From Candidatus Eiseniibacteriota bacterium (lineage in GTDB: Bacteria > Eisenbacteria > RBG-16-71-46 > CAZEPH01), in contig JBGATO010000099.1 in NCBI GenBank assembly GCA_044229145.1, positions 1-11,658 of the forward strand: a stretch of DNA of 11,658 bases, in the 5' to 3' direction. Below, piece by piece: positions 1 to 8,200 of this stretch. The notes under the pieces are model-generated. The model was given only the letters and a program-made list of their open reading frames with translations. It did no database searches and was not told the origin of the DNA. Made by a program: the position numbers and the translations under genes. Position 1 is the stretch's first letter. Each line of letters starts with the position of its first letter.

Positions 1-3
1 CAT
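1..3 (-). CDS. Probable start codon of a divergent gene running off the left edge; product unknown
   Basis: Minus strand reads GAGAGGA-TCCTGC-ATG (SD-like at 16..10, ATG at 3..1), downstream of a good minus-strand promoter at 164..135. Only one codon is visible. An in-frame alternative ATG lies at 60..58. Confidence 0.4.
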
Positions 4-134
4 GCAGGATCCTCTCACGGGTCGATGCGTGTCGGAGGCGATGCGCCCGCCTGGGGACATCGCGGAAGTGTTCGCCGGGTCCGGGGGACGGACCGCACAG
101 GACGAGGGCAGAGGTCGGGCGACGGACACCCTTC

Positions 135-164
135 ATGCTAGGGGCCGCCGCGCGAGGGTGTCAA
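135..164 (-). promoter_or_regulatory. Sigma70-type promoter for the divergent gene
   Basis: Minus strand: TTGACA (164..159, perfect -35), 18-nt spacer, TAGCAT (140..135, TAnnnT -10), in the intergenic region. Confidence 0.7.
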
Positions 165-200
165 GAATCGGCACCCGCGAGCACAGGGACGAGGGGCAGG

Positions 201-1667
201 ATGCGCGACGTGCGCGAGTGGGGAGAACTCTGCTGTGTCGGACTCGACGACGGCCTGACGCCGGCCGCCATCGAGACGTTGAAGCGGGTGCGGCCCGGCG
301 GTGTCATCGTCTTCCGCCGCGACGCGCCGGACGCCGCCGCGATGCGCGAGGTGGTCGAACGGGTGTGGGACGTGCTCGAGCCCGAAGGCATCGCGCCGCT
401 CGTCTGCGCGGACGAGGAGGGCGGCTTCGTCTCGCAACTCGGCGCGCCGTTCGCTCCGGTGCCGGCGCCGCTCGCGGTGGCACGCGGCGGCACCGTCGAG
501 GAGGCGGAGACGGTCGGCGCGCTGCTCGGCGCGCGGCTCGCGGCGTGCGGCATCACGGTGGACTTCGCGCCCTCGCTCGACGTCACCAGCGAACCGGCCA
601 ATCCGGTGATCGGCGCGCGTGCCTACGGCGAGACGCCGGCGGCGGCGACGGCGTACGGGCTCGCCACCGCGCGTGGATTGACACGCGCCGGCGTCGCGTG
701 GTGCGCGAAGCACTTTCCCGGGCATGGCGCGACGCATCTCGATTCGCACGTCGCCTCACCGCGCGTATCGGCGTCGCGCGCGACGCTCGAGGCGGTGGAT
801 CTCCCGCCGTTTCGCGCCGCGCTGGCGGCCGGCGCGCCTCTCGTGATGACCGCGCACGTCTACGTCGACGCACTCGACCGCACGTTGCCCGGCACCTTCT
901 CGCCGGCGGTAGTGCGCGGTCTGCTGCGTGAGACGCTCGGCTTCGCGGGCGTGATCTGCACCGACGATCTCGACATGGCCGGGGCGACGGCGCTGGGGGC
1001 GCCGGACGCGCTCGCGGCGAGCGCGCTCGCGGCGGGATGCGACTGGCTGCTGTTCGCGCGCCGCGGCGTCGACGCGATCGCCGGCCTCGAGGGCATCGTC
1101 GCGGCGCTGCGCCGTGGCAGGCTCGACGAGGATGCGCTCGAGGAGAGCTTGGCGCGCGTGCGCGCGCTGCGCGAGCGGTTCGCCCGGCGGCCCGCGACGA
1201 CGCTCGCGGACGCGGTGCGGCTCGACGAGGCGCACACACCGCTGCTCGCGCGCCTCGCCACGCAGGCGGTGCGGTGGGGCGGCCCGTCGTTCCGCCCGCG
1301 CCGCGGCCCGCTGCTGATCGCCGAAGCCACCGACGCCGTGACGCTCGCGCCGCTCCTGCGCGAGGCCGGATGCGACGCCGTTGGCTGCGCGCCCGAGGAC
1401 ATCGCCGCGCAGGTGGGGCCACGCACCGGCGCCGTCATCGTCGCGGTCGCCGAACGCGCGGCGGTGGGCGAGGACGCCTGCGATGCGCTTGGCGATGCGC
1501 TCACCGCCGGCGTGCCGACGTTGCTCGTCAGCTTGCGCACGCCGTATCTCGGCGATGCGTTCACCGACATCACCCCCGTGCTCGCGACCTGCGACGACGG
1601 CCCGTACGGCCGCGCCGCCGCCGCGCGCGCCATCGCCGACGCCACGCTCCGGAGGTCTTCGCCATGA
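201..1667 (+). CDS. nagZ: Glycoside hydrolase family 3 beta-N-acetylhexosaminidase, two-domain NagZ-like (~488 aa)
   Basis: NagZ signature KHFPGHGATHLDSH (708-749), plus DEEGG, FAPSLDV, NPVIGARAYG, VMTAHV and nucleophile region GFAGVICTDDLDM. The C-terminal alpha/beta domain has VSLRTPY, like two-domain Bacillus-type NagZ. Start placed at ATG 201 (GAGGGG at 191-196) rather than 135, which falls in the divergent promoter. No signal peptide seen. Confidence 0.88.
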   Translation: MRDVREWGELCCVGLDDGLTPAAIETLKRVRPGGVIVFRRDAPDAAAMREVVERVWDVLEPEGIAPLVCADEEGGFVSQLGAPFAPVPAPLAVARGGTVEEAETVGALLGARLAACGITVDFAPSLDVTSEPANPVIGARAYGETPAAATAYGLATARGLTRAGVAWCAKHFPGHGATHLDSHVASPRVSASRATLEAVDLPPFRAALAAGAPLVMTAHVYVDALDRTLPGTFSPAVVRGLLRETLGFAGVICTDDLDMAGATALGAPDALAASALAAGCDWLLFARRGVDAIAGLEGIVAALRRGRLDEDALEESLARVRALRERFARRPATTLADAVRLDEAHTPLLARLATQAVRWGGPSFRPRRGPLLIAEATDAVTLAPLLREAGCDAVGCAPEDIAAQVGPRTGAVIVAVAERAAVGEDACDALGDALTAGVPTLLVSLRTPYLGDAFTDITPVLATCDDGPYGRAAAARAIADATLRRSSP

Positions 1668-2236
1668 ACCCGACCGACACCGCCGCTCCGCTCGACCGCG
1701 CCGCGTTGCGCGCGCGCCTCGACGCGCTCTGCGTCAAGCGCGGCCACTTCATCCTCGCCTCCGGCCGCGAGTCGAACCTCTACCTCGACGTGCGCAACGC
1801 CAGCTTGCACGCCGACACCGTCGGCGCACTCGGCGCGTGGCTCTACGCCGCGCTGGTGCCCTACGCGCCGCAAGCGGTCGGCGGGCCGGTGGCCGGCGCG
1901 GTGCCGTTGGTGGCGGCGGTGCTCGTCGAGGCCGGCCGGCGCGGCGAATCGCTGCCGGGCTTCATGGTGCGCAAGGAAGCGAAGGATCACGGCGCCGGCA
2001 AGCAGATCGACGGGCACCTACAGCCCGGCTGGCGGGTCGCGCTAGTGGAGGACGTGGTGACCAGCGGCGGTTCGGTGCTGCGCGCGGTGGAGGCGGTGCG
2101 CGCCGCCGGCGCCGAGGTGGTCGCGGTGGCCGCGGTGGTGGACCGCGAGGAAGGCGGACGCGAGGCGCTGGCCGCTGCCGGCGTGCCGCTCGTCGCCCTG
2201 TTCACCCTGCGCGAGATCGCCGGCGAGACGGTGTGA
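1664..2236 (+). CDS. pyrE: Orotate phosphoribosyltransferase (190 aa)
   Basis: Motifs GHFILASGRESNLYLDVR, VRKEAKDHG, PRPP-binding VALVEDVVTSGGS and VVDREEGG. GGAGG at 1651-1655; ATG 1664 overlaps the nagZ stop (ATGA). This is the C-terminal part of track ORF 1037..2236. Confidence 0.95.
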   Translation: MNPTDTAAPLDRAALRARLDALCVKRGHFILASGRESNLYLDVRNASLHADTVGALGAWLYAALVPYAPQAVGGPVAGAVPLVAAVLVEAGRRGESLPGFMVRKEAKDHGAGKQIDGHLQPGWRVALVEDVVTSGGSVLRAVEAVRAAGAEVVAVAAVVDREEGGREALAAAGVPLVALFTLREIAGETV

Positions 2237-2249
2237 TACGCTTGTCGGC

Positions 2250-5129
2250 ATGACGGTGCGTGCGGCGCGGCGACGCGCGTCCTTTCTCATTTGTGCGGCG
2301 GTGTGCGGGGCGATGGCGGCGCCGGTGCGGGCGCAGGACGCCATCGCCCCGCATCGCGTCGTGGTGCGATTGCGCGAGCCGGCGGTCGCGACCCTGCCGT
2401 CCTTCGCGCCATTCGGTGTGCGGGACGCCACGCCGCTGTTTCCGACGCCGCGCCACACGACGCATGCACGCGGCGCGCTGCCGCGTTTCCTTCGCCTGAC
2501 GTTGGATCCGGCCCGCGATCCGCGCATCGTTGCCGCGGCGTTGCGGGAGTTGCCGGAGGTCGCCTCGGCGGAGACGGTGCCGCTGTGGCGCACGTCCGCG
2601 GTGCCGAACGATCCCTCGTTCCCGGTGCAATGGCATCTGCAACGTGGCGACGGCCACGACGCCCGCTTGCCCGCCGCGTGGGATCGCACGCAAGGCGATA
2701 CTAGCGTCGTCCTGGCGATCGCCGACACGGGCGTCGATTGGCTGCATCCCGACCTCACTTCACAGATCGCGCTGAATGCGGCGGAGGCGAATGGCGTGCC
2801 CGGCGTCGACGATGACGGCAACGGCTACGTCGACGACATCCGCGGCTGGGACTTCGTGACGGCCGATCCCGCCTCCGTCGCGTCTGGCGAGGATCCTGGT
2901 CCCCCCGACAACGATCCGCGCGACTGGGTGGGCCACGGCACGCTGGTGGCCGGCACGACGGCAGCCGCCACCGACAACGCCGTCGGCGTCGCCGGCGTGG
3001 CGTGGCGCTGCACGTTGCTGCCGATCCGCATCGGCTACGGCGTCACCGGTGTCGACGGCGGCTACATCGCCGCGGACGATGCGGCCGCCGGACTCGCCTA
3101 CGCCGCCGACCGCGGCGTCGCCGCCATCAACTGTTCGTGGGATTCATCGCCGACCGATGCGTTCACCGCCGCCGTGGACTACGCGATCGCCGCTGGCGTG
3201 GTGATCGTCGATGCAGCAGGCAATCACGCGACGTCGTCGTTCAACTCCAACTACCTCGCGCAGCGCGGCGATTGCATCGACGTCGCCGCCACCGACACGC
3301 TCGATCTGCTGGCGAACTTCTCGTCGTACGGCACTTGGGTCGACTGCGCGGCGCCCGGCACGCGCGTGCTCACGACGTCCTACGCCGCACTGCAAGACAC
3401 GCACGGCTACGAGACGGCCAGCGGCACCTCGCTGTCGGCGCCCGTGGTGACGGGGATCGTCGGCTTGCTGCGCGCGCGGTTCCCGTCGTGGCCGCCGAAG
3501 CTGCTGCGCGAGCGGTTGCTCGCCACCTGCGAGCCGATCGACGCGCTCAACGCATCGACGTACGGCGGCAAGCTGGGACGCGGGCGCGTCGACGCCGCGG
3601 CCGCCGTCGGCAGCGAGACGACGTATTGGCAAGCCGCGCTCAGCGGCGGCGCCCGCACCGCGGTGGGGCTCGGCGATTTCGGCGTTGGCGCGCGCGGCCT
3701 CGTGCTCGTCGCCACCGACGGCGGCGCGGTGCACGCGCTGCGGGCGGGCGGCGGGGAAGTCGCCGGATGGCCTGTATCGGTGGGCGCGTCACCGGGTCCG
3801 GTCGCCAGCGGCACTCTGGGCGGCGCACCGGTCGTGGTGGCGGGCGGACTCGATTCGCTGCTCCATGCCTTCGACTCCAGCGGCGCCGAGCGCTCCGGCT
3901 GGCCCGCGCACCTCGGCGCCGCGCTGCGCGGCGGCGCGTCGATCGGTCAGGCGGGATCGCCGCCGGTCGATGTCGTCACCTGCGGCACCGAAGGCAGACG
4001 CGTCTATGTCCTCGACGCCAACGGCGCGGTGCTGGCCGGCTGGCCACAGTCGACCGGCGGTGTGGTGCGCGCCTCGCCGGCACTCGCCGACCTCGACGGC
4101 GATGGGGCGAACGAGATCGTCATCGCCGCCGCGGATTCGACGGCGTACGCGTGGCGGATCGATGGCAGTGCGGTGCCGGGCTGGCCGGTGCGCGTGCCGG
4201 CCGGTTGCCTGTCGCCGGTGGCCGTGGGGCCGGTGACCGACGGCGGTGCGCAGCGCGTCGTGGTGGCGTGCAGCAATGGCGCGGTGACGCTGCTCGGCGC
4301 GGACGGCGTCGCGCAAGCCGGATGGCCCGTCCAGGTGGCAGCTTCGTCCTCCGCGCCGCCCGCGCTCGCCGATGTCGACGGGGACGGACAGCGTGACGTG
4401 GTGTGCGCGGCGGGGTCGACACTGACCGTGCTGACCGCGGCCGGCGTGCCGCTCGCGGGGTGGCCGCTGGCCGCGCCCGGCAGCATCGGCGCCGCGCCGG
4501 TGGTCGCCGACCTCGACGGCGACGGCGCGCCGGACATCCTCGCCGCAACCACCACCAATGCGATCCTCGGCTACGACGCGCACGGCGCCGCGGTGGCCGG
4601 CTTCCCGCGCTACGCCGGCGGCGCGGTGCGCGGCGCGCCTCTGGTCGCCGATCTCGGTGGCGACGGCGACGCGAACCTGGTCACCGCCGCCGCCGATTCC
4701 TTCGCCGAGGCGATGACGCTCCCCGGCACGGCGCGCACCAGTGCCGCCGCGCCGTGGGCCTGCGCCAGCCACGATCCGGGACGCACGGGATGGGTGGGGA
4801 CCTCCGCGGCCTCGGCGGTCGGTCCTCCCGGCGAGAGTCCGGACGAAGACGCGGCGCCGGGCCTCCGCGTTCGCATCGTGACCGGCGGGACGGCTGCGCC
4901 GCATCGATTGCTCGCCGAAGTCCGGACCGCGCGCGATGCGACCGTACGCATGTCGCACTTCGACGTGGCGGGCCGCAGGTTGAGCACGCGCAGCGTGCTG
5001 GTGCGGGCGGCGAGTCCGCGACGCATCGATCTCGGGGCGGGGGCGCGATTGCCCAGCGGAGTCGTTCTCGTCACCGCGCAGGCAGGCACGGCGCCGCCCA
5101 CCGTGTCGCGTGCCGTCCTGGTGCGCTGA
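2250..5129 (+). CDS. Secreted S8 (subtilisin-like) serine peptidase with GWP/FG-GAP repeat beta-propeller and C-terminal sorting-like domain (959 aa)
   Basis: Signal peptide (basic N-region, hydrophobic core, VRA/QD), then a propeptide and PNDP at the likely mature start. Catalytic Asp in IADTGVD (2724), His in GHGTLVAG (2934), oxyanion Asn in AAGN (3222), Ser in SGTSLSAP (3429). Has a DDDGNGYVDDIRGWDF insert, seven G[WF]P repeats, and ends SRAVLVR. Confidence 0.92.
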   Translation: MTVRAARRRASFLICAAVCGAMAAPVRAQDAIAPHRVVVRLREPAVATLPSFAPFGVRDATPLFPTPRHTTHARGALPRFLRLTLDPARDPRIVAAALRELPEVASAETVPLWRTSAVPNDPSFPVQWHLQRGDGHDARLPAAWDRTQGDTSVVLAIADTGVDWLHPDLTSQIALNAAEANGVPGVDDDGNGYVDDIRGWDFVTADPASVASGEDPGPPDNDPRDWVGHGTLVAGTTAAATDNAVGVAGVAWRCTLLPIRIGYGVTGVDGGYIAADDAAAGLAYAADRGVAAINCSWDSSPTDAFTAAVDYAIAAGVVIVDAAGNHATSSFNSNYLAQRGDCIDVAATDTLDLLANFSSYGTWVDCAAPGTRVLTTSYAALQDTHGYETASGTSLSAPVVTGIVGLLRARFPSWPPKLLRERLLATCEPIDALNASTYGGKLGRGRVDAAAAVGSETTYWQAALSGGARTAVGLGDFGVGARGLVLVATDGGAVHALRAGGGEVAGWPVSVGASPGPVASGTLGGAPVVVAGGLDSLLHAFDSSGAERSGWPAHLGAALRGGASIGQAGSPPVDVVTCGTEGRRVYVLDANGAVLAGWPQSTGGVVRASPALADLDGDGANEIVIAAADSTAYAWRIDGSAVPGWPVRVPAGCLSPVAVGPVTDGGAQRVVVACSNGAVTLLGADGVAQAGWPVQVAASSSAPPALADVDGDGQRDVVCAAGSTLTVLTAAGVPLAGWPLAAPGSIGAAPVVADLDGDGAPDILAATTTNAILGYDAHGAAVAGFPRYAGGAVRGAPLVADLGGDGDANLVTAAADSFAEAMTLPGTARTSAAAPWACASHDPGRTGWVGTSAASAVGPPGESPDEDAAPGLRVRIVTGGTAAPHRLLAEVRTARDATVRMSHFDVAGRRLSTRSVLVRAASPRRIDLGAGARLPSGVVLVTAQAGTAPPTVSRAVLVR
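3765..4607 (+). repeat. Seven protein-level G-[WF]-P repeats (44-47 aa period) in the protease
   Basis: G[WF]P codons start at 3765, 3897, 4038, 4179, 4320, 4458 and 4599. DxDGDG loops follow several of them. Confidence 0.85.
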
Positions 5130-5148
5130 CCGGCGGCCGGCGCGCGGC

Positions 5149-5177
5149 TGGACGATTGCTCGGATAGTTGTTACGAT
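5149..5177 (+). promoter_or_regulatory. Sigma70-type promoter with extended -10 for the FG-GAP repeat gene
   Basis: TGGACG (5149-5154), 17-nt spacer, TACGAT (5172-5177) preceded by TG at 5169-5170. Lies in an AT-richer intergenic patch. Confidence 0.55.
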
Positions 5178-5235
5178 GCACTGCCCTTCAGATTTGCTCG
5201 TACTCCACCTCGTGCCGGTTGCCGGGAGTCACCCC

Positions 5236-8200
5236 ATGCGTTTCGCCACGTCTCGCTGCCCATCAGGGTGGTGGAGGGCGGTCAGCGCCCTCGCGTTCCT
5301 GACGCTCTCCGCCGCATCCGCCAGCGCCGGGCCACTCTTTGGGTCGGTCTATCAGACATTCGCCACGGGGGCGTACCCCGCCTGTGTCGTCCTGCACGAC
5401 ATGGATGGCGATGGCATCGCCGATGTGCTCACCGCGGACTACTCCGGCAGTACGGTGTCCGTGTTGCCCGGACATGCGGACGGTTCGTTCGGCGCCGCGC
5501 GGAAGGTGAGCCTCGTCGCGGGATCCGGCCCGCACAGCATCGCCACGGGGGACTTCAACGAGGACGGCATCGCGGACTTCGCGGTCGCCGAGGTGTACCT
5601 CAACGGGCTGACCGTTTTCCTCGGCACCGGCGGCGGCGCCTTCGGGCCCGGACAGGTCTACGGCACGGGCATCCTCTGTGCCTACGTGCTGGCGGACGAC
5701 GTCGACGGCGACGGACATGCCGATCTGCTCGCGGCAAACTCGGGCTCGGGGACGGTGACGCTGCTGCACGGCGACGGCGCGGGCGGATTTCAGCGCGGCT
5801 GGGACGTGACCGCCGGCACCCAGCCCGAGTGCGTGGCACTAGCGGACATGGATCTCGACGGCGTGCGTGACCTGCTGGTGTCGAATGGCAGCGCCGCGAC
5901 CGTGTCGGTGCTGCACGGCCTGGGCAACGGCACGTTCGGAACCCGCACCGACTTCGCCTCCGGCTATCCCGCCGAACAGTTCGCGGTGGGCGATCTGAAT
6001 GGCGATGGCGTGCCGGACGTCGCACTCGCGACGTTCAAGGGATCGATCGACGCCGATCACCTCGTCGTGTTCCTCGGAGATGGCGTGGGTGGATTCGCGC
6101 CGCGCGCCGAGTACCTCGCGCAGGTGGGATCGTGGGCCACCGCGATCGTCGACGCCGACGGCGACACGCACCTCGACATCGTGCTCGCGAACTCCAACAC
6201 GCGGAGCAACTCGGTGTCGATCTTTCGCGGCGTGGGAGACGGGACGTTCGGCACGGCGACGTCGTATCCCGCGGGCCCCGGCCCGAACGGCGTTGTCGCC
6301 GGCGACGTGACAGGCGACGGTCACGCCGATCTCCTCGTAAGCGACGGGCTCAGCACGACCGTCGCGCTGCTGCGCGGCAATGGCGATGGCACGTTCGGCC
6401 AGACCCACACCTACGCCGCGGGCGAATCTCCGTGGACGCTCGTGATGGCGGACCTCAGCGGAGATGGACAGCCCGAGCTCGTCGTGACCGACTACACGCG
6501 GGCCCAGGTTGGCGTGTTTCCGGGACTCGCGGGCGGCGGGTTCGGTCCGCGAGTCGACTACGCCGTCGGTTCGTACCCCACCGGTGTCGCGGTGGGAGAT
6601 CTCAACGGCGATGGCACGCCGGATCTCGTCGTCGCCAACTCGTTCTCCTCCGCGTCCTCGAGCGTGTCGGTCCTGCTCGCGACCGGTGGCGGGAGCTTCC
6701 AGCCGCGCGTGGATGTGCCGGCGGGATCGCAGGCCAAGGCGGTGGTGGTGGCGGATCTCAACGGCGACGGTCATCTCGACATCGCGACCGCGAACTACGG
6801 CGGCGGCAACGCGAGTGTCCTGCTCGGGCACGGCGACGGGACGTTCGCGCCGCACGTGGAATACGCCGCCGGAACCTCCCCGGACGGCATCGCCGCGGCG
6901 GATCTCGACGGCGATGGCGATCTCGATCTCGCGGTCGCGAACTATCAGTCGGTCAACGTGACGGTCTTGCGCAATGGCGGTGCGGGGACGTTTTCCACGC
7001 TATCGACGCTTTCGGCTGCGGGCTTCGCGACGGGAGTGGTCGCCACCGATCTGAGCGGGGATGGCCTGCCGGACATCGCGGTGGCCGAGCAGGGCAGCTA
7101 CTACATCAGCGTGTACCTCTCGACCGGCGAAGGCACCTTCCAGCCTCGCCAAGACGTCCGCGCGGTCGGGCAGCCAGCGTCGATCGCGGTCGCCGACGTC
7201 GACGGCGACGGGGCGGTCGATCTCGTCGCCGCCGCACCCGATCTGAACACGGTCGAAGTCCATCGCGGCAACGGCGTGGGTGGATTCTTCGCGGGCGAGA
7301 CGTTCGGCACCGGGACCTATCCGTGGAGCGTGGCCCTCGCCGACCTGACCGGCGATGGGCGGCCGGAGGTCGCCACCGCCGACTACACCGCGTCGACCGC
7401 CACGGTCTTGACGAACACATCAGCGGCCTCGGTCTCGCGGGCCGGCGCACCGGCGGCCACACCGCCGGCGGCGGGCGAGTATCCGGCGTCGGTGCTGGCG
7501 GTCTGGGCACCGGCGGCACGCCTCGCGGGCGCGAATGCCGGACAAACACGCGCAAGCCTCACGAGTTCGCGGCCCCCAGCGGATCGCGCGCCGGCGACGA
7601 CGACGTTCGCGCCGGAGTTCTCGACGCCGTTCATCAGCTATCCGCTCGATGGCACACCCTCGGACGCGGTGACCGCCGACGTCAACGGGGATGGGCGCCC
7701 CGACGTCGTGACCTGCCTCACCGGAGGCGTGCTCGCGGACAACGTCGAACTGCGTTTGGGTTTGCCGGGTGGAATCTTCGGCGGGACGCTCGCGGCACCC
7801 ACCGGGGCGCTTCCGGTCGCGCTCGCCGCGACGGAGCTCGACGGCGATGGCCGAGCCGATATCGTCGTGGCGAACAAGAACGCGAACAGCGTGAGCATCC
7901 TGCACGGCCACGCGGACGGCACGCTCGGCGATCGCGTCGATTACGCCGTGCCCGCCCAGCCGGTCGCCGTGGCGGTGCACGATCTGGATGGCGATGGCCT
8001 CGTGGACATCGCGGTTGCCTCGACGGCGGGCCAGTGCGTCTCGGTTCTCCGCGGGCTCGGCGGCGGAGCGTTCGCGGCTCCCGTCGTGTACTTCGTCGCG
8101 AGCAACCCGCAAGACGTCGCGATTGGCGACGTCGACGGCGATGGCCATTCCGACCTCGTCGTCTCCACGTCGTACCTGAGCGCGTTCAGCGTGTGCTTCG

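Noticed and set aside
135..200. N-terminal extension of nagZ from ATG 135
   Set aside because: Overlaps the divergent promoter, has no SD and is not GH3-like; ATG 201 has an SD.
2..931. 309-aa + strand ORF and other Arg/Ala/Pro-rich alternative-frame ORFs (e.g. 1381..2253, 3002..4396, 6132..8210)
   Set aside because: Off-frame shadows of real genes in high-GC DNA; no recognisable motifs.
1037..1663. 209-aa N-terminal extension or fusion on pyrE
   Set aside because: Overlaps nagZ in another frame; ATG 1664 has GGAGG and an ATGA coupling, giving a normal-length PyrE.
2238..2247. 10-bp direct repeat ACGCTTGTCG, also at 9936-9945, as a possible insertion boundary for the two secreted genes
   Set aside because: Second copy lies inside the coding CTD, and there is no integrase or transposase; compatible with chance.
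2268..2288. RRRASFL as a Tat signal in the protease
   Set aside because: Spacing does not fit R-R-x-F-L; a Sec signal is the simpler reading, though a predictor such as SignalP 6 should confirm.
5110..5235. Upstream starts (5110, 5176) for the repeat gene
   Set aside because: They overlap the previous gene or the predicted promoter; ATG 5236 has an SD and yields a clean signal peptide.
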